Notes under the pieces: generated by a model
What the model saw: the letters and a program-made list of their open reading frames with translations, nothing else
Told to the model about the DNA's origin: nothing
Databases searched by the model: none
Shown: positions 9,901 through 17,271 of the stretch, piece after piece
Numbering within the stretch: position 1 is the stretch's first letter
Layout: every line of letters starts with the position of its first letter
Made by a program: the position numbers and the translations under genes
IMG/VR virus record: IMGVR_UViG_3300028805_000057
Span: 83,895-147,894 of that record
Direction: 5' to 3' (one strand)
Source: a virus
Lineage: Duplodnaviria; Caudoviricetes
Length of the DNA stretch: 64,000 bases

Positions 9901-11602
9901 TGCGGCTCTTGAAAGTAAAGCTGGTCAAGTAACTAAGAAAAATAGTGGATTATCTGGTTTATTTAGTAGTATATTTGGCGATACATTTACTAATCTTGGA
10001 AAAGACGGAAACTTTATAGATACTCTTAAAGGATTCGGAGATAAAATTGGTAGTGGTATTGGATCAGTATTTAATAAAGATGGAAGTGCTTATAAGAGTC
10101 TTAAAGAAACTGGTCAATCATTACTTAGTGAATTCGGTATAGATTTTGGTGGTAATGGTAGTAATACTAGTGGAACTCCAGCAGATAATGTTGGTAAACA
10201 AGTTGGTACTGGTATTGGAAATGGTTTAAATACTTGGTTAAATGGTAAAACATTTAATGACACTATGGAAACTGCTGGAAAAACAATAGGTAATTCTATA
10301 AAAACTGGTATTGATGAGATTTTAGATAAATATAATCCATTAAAGAATCTAGAACTTATTGCTGAAACTGCTTATGAACGGTTAAAGGCTGCTATAACAG
10401 GTAGTGAAAATCGTTCAAGTACAATGAGCGCATTAAGTGATATTTTGAACAAAAAAGCATCAGTTTATGGATGGGAAAATGATGAAGTTACATTATATAA
10501 TGAATTTTTAAAATTATATAATAAAATGGGTAGAAATGTACTTATGGATAATGCTCAGATTGAAAAAGTTTTAACTACAATTTATAATAATGGTAAGTAT
10601 GGTAGATTAAGTGAAAATAGTAAGATTGATTGGGAATTAGATATGTTCGGTGATTTTGTTTATAATGGAATAACCGATCTTGTAGGAACAAGTTATATTG
10701 AAGAAGAATATGAAAAAGCTAAAGAAAATTTATTAAAATCAAGTATTGATTGGGGAACTTTATTAAAATCTAATGATTATTATACATTCCAAAATTATTT
10801 ATTGGAATTATTGCCGATGGGAACATCAAATAGTGTTATTAAAAATTGGTCGAATGCATATACTAGATATACCAATGGCGCAGATACCACATTTAATAGA
10901 GAATTACAAAAAATATTTGCTGACGAGAAATTCAAAGAACAATTCTTATCTTCCGGAACTGATATTATTAAATTCTTATTCTGGGGTATGAAAGTTGGAT
11001 ATTTGGAATATGAAGATGGTATATTAAATACTGCTAATGGCAATGCTGCTGATATTATTCAGGCATACTATGATAATTTCAGAGAGCATTCGCCTTCCAA
11101 AGTTGGTATTGACATAATGAAATTCTTTATGGAAGGTCTTAAGATTGGTATCGATGATAATACAAAATCGGTTCTTGATAGTGTAGGAATAAGTACTGAT
11201 TTAATAACCGATTCTACAATTACTGGTCTGAATGCAATGGTTAATGCTCTTGAAGAAGATGTTCAACCTCAAATTACTCCAGTAATAGATGCAGATGCTG
11301 TAAATAATGGTATATCATCTATTAATACATCATTTGCTAATCTAAATCCTACAATGCAAGCAACTATTGATTCATTCCATGATGATGCACCAAATTATAA
11401 TGGACAGTTAGCAATATTAGCTAATGCAATTAATGGAACAAATACACTTGTTAATAATCTCATGAATATGTTAGCAGAAGGTGATATTGTTACTGTTAAT
11501 GTTACCGGAGAAGTTGATACAAATAATCTGTATGAACTTGTAGTTAACACAAATCGTGAGAAATTTAAACAAACTGGTAAAAACAAATTAATGTCATACT
11601 AG
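3986..11602 (+). CDS. Tape measure protein
   Basis: 2538 aa; N-terminal IDERVVSMKFD; tape-measure domain (ASRAMYQLSQAL); long hydrophobic mid region; repeated SPSK motifs near C-terminus. Confidence 0.95.
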   Translation: MVDIDERVVSMKFDSSDFEKNTKSTMSILDKLHEKLSFKDVADSDSLNAITNNVQKMADKAYTIVDRMIDKIKDNIANKLVNFLQENTLGQFKAGFDKYADMTTSVATLSSQGYAMKRINEQLARLNYFTDETSYNFTSMVSEIGKFTASGQSLEDATTAMMGIAEWAALSGKNANEASRAMYQLSQALGSGTMRLIDYKSIQNLNMDTIEFRKNAIEAAIAAGTLKDNLNGTFTSLVDNKTTFAIQNFAESLSGKWFNSKVMMETYKKYSDAVDEIRAIYEEGTYTTLAGDEKDINTTADAVKLVKENNEELIKRFREANKKLTSDQIDDFLKKWKKVEKVTGMTVKDYAKMHEISEEEAKTMMAAKEKGYAEYLKEYAEVFKETEQSAEEALEDWHTYVSTYGIKAFEAAQEAKTFRDAIESAKDAASTVWTTIYTEVFGNYEEAKELWTDLANALYEIFVNRLWDLEGIFNYWKDGYEKDAEKQIKTLKEEYDKLTANGAPADVYGRQRVEEIKKEMAEIQAQLDTGLLNGRRVLFQGLYAFGGGLKSVIQNFRDAWNGLFDENESAKKLFNLSERIRYDGFRFYDMLTNKETGLVATDFYKNIAQGIKNLFAPFKGAIEVIKAVINSFLPARKTTKDILVSLSEAFKNFTEKLVPSQETLQKIAKILRGVVSVIRLIAKAAYGLWTAIIKPILSVLFDGLGSIIGFLTDILASMADGFYGFENAIGPMEALQVVAEAVQWAFEGILEILKSVAGVIWDIFGPAISFVVGIFKDLFNKAKNLFSGEKGNVFKNIGNGFKNVTSRAKDAWKSTETFADVFNRFKEGKGISNVVELLGALLDNFVTRIGRTVIAIFGLEDVITNENGKIGAAFSDLKSSLSGVATIFKWIYTNVIRPTLQVAFTGLANCIRDIGEAWKSGDVMRIMQILTQAFKTIGSFQLFKVLQALSRSFGSAGILRVLRNGAKALKSLSKWLGAKAVNEVSSAIFKLVLAFSMLLGVLTAMSFLPAENLERVSGLLLNAGIALGVMMVAMTTLSIVATKTRWGLVGIAGSMIAIVAATWTFIFVIEKIRQAIERFKDETEGFGGILVAIAPIIAVLAAMFIVFKAAAKIGNSGGLLAFSAGVMALGVAVFAMVFALDKMVTFLQDNTAENVISAILVTVAIMTTVALASGLMLRLVGKSFQNISKSAGAIAMAVAIVTVALTTALIVIPLLEEMVQNSDRFPEYVEALAIFTATMISISGSFALMTSRTKGGFHMLAAGIVFNIFAKTISNIIMPLLESLKGLDFTEYLGGILALGMMMVAISYSIKLVMEGVAEIVKAISKINWKSWFAIILSTGAVIAGIMLLASYLENNKTEVSAGVIIGVIGTALAVILGFGLFAEMLMKITNQNLNNSISQLAAVFKWMTAFITSIVVGLAGTMALLKLLYDGNEMEALSRMAIFAGIVLATIGLTLLMFGKFIKSVSQKLSLIPDANLTKVRNLLITIFAGMVGIMLALVTYTIVIDDTFSRWEEYAAPLATIVATMLIVTGGILAEIAAFINFLPTLEFNKSAVTIVISTLAAVLLDILAIGLILIPSFEKMRDVDWRVVLSLLAGIALIIFSISMLTVAAARTTTWEKTLEALVVALGTLAAIAVFLPAIAKAFEAMKGIGWTEFAVLMLGFLIPFVAVLIAVKSMTEIAPKFAAAAGNIALGFIAIAAAIAAVAIAIGLLKEMFSPGSTLIGQMLMKGEAEGIKKGSKEVYDENEKAQEGLLEQTEEIDQINSPSKKFRYYGKMIDKGLAQGITKNRRVAIKAATALAIFTNDGFCEELGIASPSKVFYENGRFVVRGFINGLNDESNKNKKAGADMAEGFTEGMDNMMDGMKDKWSGLWSELGMDEDIKKAIEEGTEGAGSVFANGLLDELTGEDSTIVSQLSAAEAQELSRLKGIQAERDKALKEFDRSWSGPHDESYTSTKQKLSDSYGKNLDAQIAALESKAGQVTKKNSGLSGLFSSIFGDTFTNLGKDGNFIDTLKGFGDKIGSGIGSVFNKDGSAYKSLKETGQSLLSEFGIDFGGNGSNTSGTPADNVGKQVGTGIGNGLNTWLNGKTFNDTMETAGKTIGNSIKTGIDEILDKYNPLKNLELIAETAYERLKAAITGSENRSSTMSALSDILNKKASVYGWENDEVTLYNEFLKLYNKMGRNVLMDNAQIEKVLTTIYNNGKYGRLSENSKIDWELDMFGDFVYNGITDLVGTSYIEEEYEKAKENLLKSSIDWGTLLKSNDYYTFQNYLLELLPMGTSNSVIKNWSNAYTRYTNGADTTFNRELQKIFADEKFKEQFLSSGTDIIKFLFWGMKVGYLEYEDGILNTANGNAADIIQAYYDNFREHSPSKVGIDIMKFFMEGLKIGIDDNTKSVLDSVGISTDLITDSTITGLNAMVNALEEDVQPQITPVIDADAVNNGISSINTSFANLNPTMQATIDSFHDDAPNYNGQLAILANAINGTNTLVNNLMNMLAEGDIVTVNVTGEVDTNNLYELVVNTNREKFKQTGKNKLMSY

Positions 11603-11623
11603 GGAAAGGAGGAATAATAATAC

Positions 11624-12607
11624 ATGGCAAAAGGTGAAATAGAATATATTAGTTATGAACCTGGTTGGAGTCAAACAAAAGGCTATTTCTTAACTGGTAT
11701 TGTTCAATTTAAATTTAATTCAAAATATTATTTAACTAAAAATAGTGTTAGAATATATTATAGACCTTTAGCATCTCAATCTGATGCTGATTATGTTGAT
11801 ATTGTTCCTCCAGACTCTACTGAAACTGGAACAAATATATTAAAAGCTGATAGTTGGCAAAAACCTTATACACCAACTTTACAAGCTCAAAAGAGTTATG
11901 AAGATATTTCAGCTTTGATAAATAATGCTGTAAAAATAGTAAAAGGTCTTAGTAATGATAAATATGTTGTTAAATTTACTATTTCTAATCTTACTGGTAG
12001 TACACTATATGTTACTGCAGCTCGTTTAAGGTTATTTAATTCAAAAGGTGATTACAAGACGTATGTAAGAGCTCCAGAAAATGAACAAGGTAATTTTGGT
12101 TTCACTACTATGACTTCACCAAATTATATTTTTGAAAACCAAACTTTATTTTGTGTTGCTAAATATAGTCTTGGAACAAATAATACTTATACAACTGATT
12201 GGGAAGATTTTACTGATTGCATAAAGTTACCTTCATATGATGTAAATTCCGAAGATGTGAATGAAGATTGGGAAGATGCTGACTATAAAACTCATCGTAT
12301 AGCTGTAAGAAAGAAAGTAAATGGAAAGTTTGAAATGATTTTCCCAACAATGACTCGTTATAAAGAATTTCTTAATTATATTGAATTAAGTAAGCAATTA
12401 AATGGTGATGGCATAGCATATGTGGAATTAAGATTACAAGTTAATAACATTCTTGATATACAACCAATGTTAGACATATCTCAAACGAAATGTGTTAATT
12501 ACATTGGTAAGTTCTTTATCAAAATAGATAATAATGCTTGGGTTCAACCAATATTTGGACATTATGATAAGTATAGTCCATTAAGTATTACTATACAAGA
12601 AGCTTAA
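11624..12607 (+). CDS. Probable distal tail (Dit-like) protein with N-terminal extension
   Basis: Immediately after tape measure; C-terminal SYDVNSEDV...LSITIQEA resembles Dit-like domains. Confidence 0.5.
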   Translation: MAKGEIEYISYEPGWSQTKGYFLTGIVQFKFNSKYYLTKNSVRIYYRPLASQSDADYVDIVPPDSTETGTNILKADSWQKPYTPTLQAQKSYEDISALINNAVKIVKGLSNDKYVVKFTISNLTGSTLYVTAARLRLFNSKGDYKTYVRAPENEQGNFGFTTMTSPNYIFENQTLFCVAKYSLGTNNTYTTDWEDFTDCIKLPSYDVNSEDVNEDWEDADYKTHRIAVRKKVNGKFEMIFPTMTRYKEFLNYIELSKQLNGDGIAYVELRLQVNNILDIQPMLDISQTKCVNYIGKFFIKIDNNAWVQPIFGHYDKYSPLSITIQEA

Positions 12608-12626
12608 GCATTTTATTTCCCCGTTT

Positions 12627-12670
12627 TAGAGCTGGCTCTGTGGAATTTCTTCGAGGGTCAGCTCTTTTGT
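12627..12670 (+). terminator. Intrinsic terminator
   Basis: agagctggctct...agggtcagctct stem followed by tttt. Confidence 0.7.
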
Positions 12671-12742
12671 TTAATTACGAAGCTTGCTGAGAAATTCAGT
12701 TTGCTTGCAAAGTATATTATTGATAGGAGGTGATCAGGTGAA

Positions 12743-13123
12743 TTGGGTTATATAAGATTAAACGAAAACCCACATGGGATTCTTGTAGATGATTGTGTTA
12801 TACGAGCAATCTCTACAGCTACTGGACGAAGTTGGGATGATGTATATTTGGACTTAATGTTGGAAGGTCTAGAACATAAAGATTACCCTAATAAGAACGT
12901 AATTTGGTGGAACTATCTACAAAGAAAAGGTTATAAACGATTTATTATTCCAGATACTTGTCCAATGTGTTACACTTTAAAAGATTTTGTTGAAGACCAC
13001 CGTCATGGTATTTATATTGTCGGCGATGGAAGCCATGTAGTAGCAGTTGTTGACGGATATTACATAGATAGTTACAATTCTGGTAATATGTCAGTCTTGT
13101 ATTACTTTACTACAAAATTTTAA
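12743..13123 (+). CDS. Papain/C39-like peptidase-fold protein
   Basis: DCVIRAIS...HVVAVVDG..IDS gives a Cys-His-Asp arrangement; strong GGAGGTGAT RBS with TTG start. Confidence 0.6.
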   Translation: MGYIRLNENPHGILVDDCVIRAISTATGRSWDDVYLDLMLEGLEHKDYPNKNVIWWNYLQRKGYKRFIIPDTCPMCYTLKDFVEDHRHGIYIVGDGSHVVAVVDGYYIDSYNSGNMSVLYYFTTKF

Positions 13124-13135
13124 AGGAGGATTTTA

Positions 13136-13315
13136 ATGAGAAAGAAGAAAGAAGAGAATTTTGATCCAAGTTTATGGATTACATTATTTACAACATTAAT
13201 GACAACAAATAATAATTCTTCAAATATTGTATTAGAAAAGCAGGTAGCATATTTACAAGGAAAATTAGATGTGTTAGAAAAGGTAATATTAAATGAAGAA
13301 CCAAATACAGTTTGA
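13136..13315 (+). CDS. Hypothetical protein, 59 aa (not in ORF track)
   Basis: AAAGGAGG RBS; MRKKKEENFDPSLWITLF...; translated by hand. Confidence 0.6.
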   Translation: MRKKKEENFDPSLWITLFTTLMTTNNNSSNIVLEKQVAYLQGKLDVLEKVILNEEPNTV

Positions 13316-13466
13316 TAATATTAATTTCTCTAATCCAGCTGATGTACCAATAATACTACGTTTATTACTTGCTAGTAAAGATGAAGAATCTGCAAAACAA
13401 TTTAAAGAATATTTAGAAAAGGAGAAAAATATGAATGAAAAAAGAGAAAAAAGAATCATCTTGTGA
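13293..13466 (+). CDS. Hypothetical protein, 57 aa (not in ORF track)
   Basis: MKNQIQFDNINF...; overlaps both neighbours in operon style. Confidence 0.45.
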   Translation: MKNQIQFDNINFSNPADVPIILRLLLASKDEESAKQFKEYLEKEKNMNEKREKRIIL

Positions 13467-13590
13467 AGGTTGTATACATTTATATAATTATCCAGATGGA
13501 ACTAACAGATGTAATTATCCAATGAGTATTGAGAAACTTTGTTTGGAGAGTTATGATAGGATTTATAAAACTGAAAGGAGAACTAAATGA
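13435..13590 (+). CDS. Small Cys-containing protein, 51 aa (not in ORF track)
   Basis: AAGGAG upstream; CEGC...C...C; ATGA overlap with next gene. Confidence 0.5.
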   Translation: MKKEKKESSCEGCIHLYNYPDGTNRCNYPMSIEKLCLESYDRIYKTERRTK

Positions 13591-14048
13591 ATTATCCAAA
13601 TCAATTTTACCCACAAAATAATAATTTTATGTATCCACAGCAATATAGACAAGAACAATTAAATCAAGTTTATGCGAATTCGTATAATTCAAATTGTATT
13701 TTTGTAAAAGATAGAAATGAAGCAGAAATGTGGCAAATAGCTCCAGGTAATAAATTAATATTTGAAGATCAAAATGGAGTATATTTTTATGTGAAATCGC
13801 TTGGTTTTAATCCAAATGATCGACCAATTTTTAAAGTTTATAAACGAGAAGATTATGTTGAGCCCGTCCAACAAAATGTTGAACCTGTTGAACAGAATCC
13901 TCTCAAAGAAGAATTTGAGAAATACCAGAATTCTACAAAACTTGAAATGGATAATCTCAGGTCAAGTTTAAATGAATTAAAAGAATTAATTAATCAGAAT
14001 TCTAAACCAAACTTCAATAAGAATTATAAGAAGGGAGGTAAAGAATGA
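13587..14048 (+). CDS. Gln/Asn/Tyr-rich protein, first gene of five-gene cluster
   Basis: AAAGGAG RBS; MNYPNQFYPQ low-complexity N-terminus, FYVKS motif, C-terminal coiled coil. Confidence 0.8.
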   Translation: MNYPNQFYPQNNNFMYPQQYRQEQLNQVYANSYNSNCIFVKDRNEAEMWQIAPGNKLIFEDQNGVYFYVKSLGFNPNDRPIFKVYKREDYVEPVQQNVEPVEQNPLKEEFEKYQNSTKLEMDNLRSSLNELKELINQNSKPNFNKNYKKGGKE

Positions 14049-14245
14049 TGAATAATATGATTCAACAACTTTTTCAGGTTATGAAAATGCGTGGTATTAC
14101 TATACCACAGAATGTTAATATGAATGATCCTCAGGCGATAATTCAGTATTTAATGTCTAATGGAAAAATAAGTCAGGAACAGTATAACACAGCTTATAAT
14201 CGAGCAAAGAATAACTATCCTGGCGCTTTTAATAATTCACAATAA
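14045..14245 (+). CDS. Small Gln/Asn-rich protein
   Basis: GGAGG RBS; DPQAIIQYLMSNGKISQEQYN. Confidence 0.75.
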   Translation: MMNNMIQQLFQVMKMRGITIPQNVNMNDPQAIIQYLMSNGKISQEQYNTAYNRAKNNYPGAFNNSQ

Positions 14246-14368
14246 TTTAGGTTTCAATATTTATTGAGAATTGTTTTAAGCCGGCCTGAAAAATATTTTT
14301 CATAAAACAATTCAAAATAGGTATTAAACATATAACAAAAATAATAATACTTATGGAGGATTTTAATT

Positions 14369-15265
14369 ATGATTAGTACAAATGATAACATGGTAATGCC
14401 TGTAGCACCTTTTATGGGATATGGAAATGGTAACAATTGTGGCTTTGGTAATGGTGATTGGGGAAGTTGGATAATTTTGTTTCTGATCTTTGGCCTTTTC
14501 GGAGGTTGGGGAAATGGAAATGGCTTCGGCGGAGGCAATGGAACAAATGGTCTTTATCCTTGGCTTAATAATTCCAACCAGATCAATGATGGTTTCAGAG
14601 ATCAGATGCTGAATACTACAATTAATGGAATACAGAATGGTGTAGTATCAGGATTTGGCGATGTGCAAAATTCACTCTGCGCTGGATTTGCGGGGGTTAA
14701 CGCGACTGTGAATGGGGCTCAGAATGCAATTGCTAATCAGCTCTATACAAACCAGATTTCAGATCTTGAGAGGAGTTTCGCTGCTCAGACTGCTAACTCA
14801 CAGGGACTGATGAATCTTCAGTCTCAGTTAGCTCAGTGTTGTTGTGATAATCGCTTAGCGACTGTAGGAACGCAGAATATAGTACAGTCCGAAGGGAATA
14901 TGACAAGAACAGCTGATGCTAATAACACAAGAGATATTATTGATGCACAGACGCGCGGAACTCAGGCAATACTTGATAAGCTCTGCCAGTTAGAACTTGA
15001 TGGTGTTAAGGCTCAGGTTGAATCAAAGAATGACGAGATTGCAAGACTTCGCCAGGATTTATCAATGAAAGACCTTGCAGCATCTCAGACTGCACAGAAT
15101 GCATTTATTGCACAGGGATTGAATAGTGAAGTTGACGCTTTGTACAATAGGTTAAAGAATTGTCCAGTACCTTCACAGCCTGTTTATGGCTCGCAGCCAA
15201 TATTTACATGTCCTACTAACTATTATAACAATAATGGTTGTGGTTGCGGATGTGGCGTAGCATAA
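14369..15265 (+). CDS. Gly-rich membrane/coiled-coil protein with CCC and CGCGC motifs
   Basis: GGAGG RBS; WIILFLIFGLFGGWG hydrophobic segment in Gly/Asn-rich context, QCCCDNR, C-terminal GCGCGCG. Confidence 0.85.
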   Translation: MISTNDNMVMPVAPFMGYGNGNNCGFGNGDWGSWIILFLIFGLFGGWGNGNGFGGGNGTNGLYPWLNNSNQINDGFRDQMLNTTINGIQNGVVSGFGDVQNSLCAGFAGVNATVNGAQNAIANQLYTNQISDLERSFAAQTANSQGLMNLQSQLAQCCCDNRLATVGTQNIVQSEGNMTRTADANNTRDIIDAQTRGTQAILDKLCQLELDGVKAQVESKNDEIARLRQDLSMKDLAASQTAQNAFIAQGLNSEVDALYNRLKNCPVPSQPVYGSQPIFTCPTNYYNNNGCGCGCGVA

Positions 15266-15344
15266 TCAAAATAAGTAGTAAAATGTAACTAGTAAACAAA
15301 TGATTTAAAATCCTTATTAATCTAATTGGGCAAGAAGAAAGGGG

Positions 15345-16064
15345 TTGAAATTTTTTATGATAGCATTTCGTGATTTAACAGGTCAAAAATTTAATATGTT
15401 AACCGTTCTTTACAGATATGAAATAGATGCTCCAAATGGAGATTCACGGTGGGTCTGCTCGTGTGAATGTGGCGGTACAACGATAGTAACTGCATCAAAT
15501 TTAATATATAATGGTGTTAAAAGCTGTGGATGTTTAAAAAGAACGAATCATTTTAAAATACATGGTGATTGGAATAGCAAACTTTATACTAGATGGCGAA
15601 GTATGATACGACGTTGTGAAGATCCCAATTTTCCATCTTATAATAATTATGGTGGTCGTGGTATACAAGTATGTCCAGAATGGCATAATTATGAAAATTT
15701 TAGAGATTGGGTAAATAGTACTCAAGATGATCCAAGTTTAACATTAGATAGAATTGATGTAAATGGTAATTATGAACCTAATAATTGTCGTTGGGCAACA
15801 CAAAAAACACAACAAAATAATAAAAGAAATAATATTTATGTAACATATTTTAACGAAACTCATTCATTAAAAGAATGGTGCGATATATTAAATTTACCAT
15901 ATGATCTAGTTTATCGTCGTATAAGTCGTTTAAATTATGATTTCTGGAGAGCAATTTCAACCCCTCTTCCTGACCATTATTATGAAGATTGTTATGACTA
16001 TGATTATTCAAATGAATATTATGAAGATCCATATGAATATGACAATTACATATATGATGAGTAA
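15345..16064 (+). CDS. HNH homing endonuclease
   Basis: DLTGQKF..LTV, CSCECG, KSCGC, YGGRGI.VC.EW, LTLDRIDVNGNYEPNNCRWAT..Q.NN motifs. Confidence 0.9.
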   Translation: MKFFMIAFRDLTGQKFNMLTVLYRYEIDAPNGDSRWVCSCECGGTTIVTASNLIYNGVKSCGCLKRTNHFKIHGDWNSKLYTRWRSMIRRCEDPNFPSYNNYGGRGIQVCPEWHNYENFRDWVNSTQDDPSLTLDRIDVNGNYEPNNCRWATQKTQQNNKRNNIYVTYFNETHSLKEWCDILNLPYDLVYRRISRLNYDFWRAISTPLPDHYYEDCYDYDYSNEYYEDPYEYDNYIYDE

Positions 16065-16081
16065 GGTAGAAAGGATAATGA

Positions 16082-16534
16082 ATGGCAGCTGAATACGATA
16101 GTACATCGGCTCAGAATGTTTCTGCAAACAGCGCCGTACTTTTTACAAATGCACCAGTTCCTTGTAATGAAAATTTAGTAATACATCGAAATGGTTCAGG
16201 TATTTTTAGATTAGCAAATAGGTTTTTCAGACAGAATCTTTGTTCTTGCTGGAAGCGTAACTCAAATTATAATGTTTCATTTGGAGCAAATCTTAGTATC
16301 CCAGAAGGTGGAACAGTTGAACCAATCTCTCTTGCTGTCGTAATAGATGGCGAAATTGATGAGAGTGCGATTATGACTGTTACACCTCAGGCTACTGGAG
16401 ATCAGTTTAATGTTAGTGTAGATGTATTAGTACAGGTACCTTTTATATGCACATGTAGTAATGTATCTGTACGAAATATATCGACACAAGCAGTAACAGT
16501 AACAAATGCAAATATTAAATTTGATAAAGCATGA
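16082..16534 (+). CDS. Beta-rich protein of the five-gene cluster (possibly BclA-C-terminal/C1q-like fold)
   Basis: VIHRNGSGIFRL, YNVSFGANL, several Cys; fold call is inference. Confidence 0.7.
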   Translation: MAAEYDSTSAQNVSANSAVLFTNAPVPCNENLVIHRNGSGIFRLANRFFRQNLCSCWKRNSNYNVSFGANLSIPEGGTVEPISLAVVIDGEIDESAIMTVTPQATGDQFNVSVDVLVQVPFICTCSNVSVRNISTQAVTVTNANIKFDKA

Positions 16535-16549
16535 AAGGAGAACTAAAAA

Positions 16550-16996
16550 ATGAATGATCTTTGGAAAGAATTAGAAAGAACTTGTGAAAGAGCAACACAT
16601 GAACTTTCACAGTTAAATGACAGATTAGAAACTAATAAGAATATGATGTCTCCGGCTGACCTTGAGGTGATGTTCAAGCTCATGGATATTGTAAAAGATA
16701 CAAAATCCACTATGAAGAAAATCATGGAAATCGAAGACCTTGAACAAGGATATGATAAGGATTATTCCGGAACTTATTATTCTCAACCTATGTGGGATAG
16801 ACGATACAGTGGCAACTCTTACCATGGTCAGTATACCATAGCCACTGGTGATGGACGAAATGATTACTCAGGTAGAAACATGAGAAGATCATATTCCAGA
16901 GGCGACGAAACAAGAATGGAACTTGAGGAAATGTTAAACAATACTCGAGACCAGAATGAAGCTGAAGTTATTAGAAAAATTCTGAATAGACTATAA
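16550..16996 (+). CDS. Helical protein with YSG/YSR repeats, last gene of cluster
   Basis: AAAGGAG RBS; DYSG, RYSG, DYSG, SYSR repeats. Confidence 0.75.
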   Translation: MNDLWKELERTCERATHELSQLNDRLETNKNMMSPADLEVMFKLMDIVKDTKSTMKKIMEIEDLEQGYDKDYSGTYYSQPMWDRRYSGNSYHGQYTIATGDGRNDYSGRNMRRSYSRGDETRMELEEMLNNTRDQNEAEVIRKILNRL

Positions 16997-17111
16997 TATA
17001 AAATATTCATAATCTCTCTAATACTTTCAACTAATTGATTAAATAGGCCGGCTTTAATCGGTTAGATATTTACAACTGAATAATTTTACAACTTAATACT
17101 TTGACAAAAGG

Positions 17112-17219
17112 TAACTCGGTGGCGGAATGGGTAAACGCTTAATTGTACGCACGTAAGATTTCTACCAAATTCAGGTCGTGTAATGAAATCATGTAAGGTT
17201 CAAATCCTTACCCGAGTTA
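17112..17219 (+). ncRNA. tRNA-like element 1 (acceptor, D and T arms; no canonical anticodon arm)
   Basis: taactcgg/ccgagtta stem, TGGCGGAATGGGTAAACGC D arm, GTAAGG-TTCAAAT-CCTTAC T arm; ~55 nt irregular middle; no encoded CCA. Confidence 0.75.
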
Positions 17220-17271
17220 GAATTATAAAAAGATATTTATACACAAAAACATAAGGAGGGATCTATAAGGT

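Noticed and set aside
6211-11586. Antisense and alternate-frame ORFs inside the tape measure and other long genes
   Set aside because: Shadow ORFs from codon bias; no RBS, fully nested in well-supported genes.
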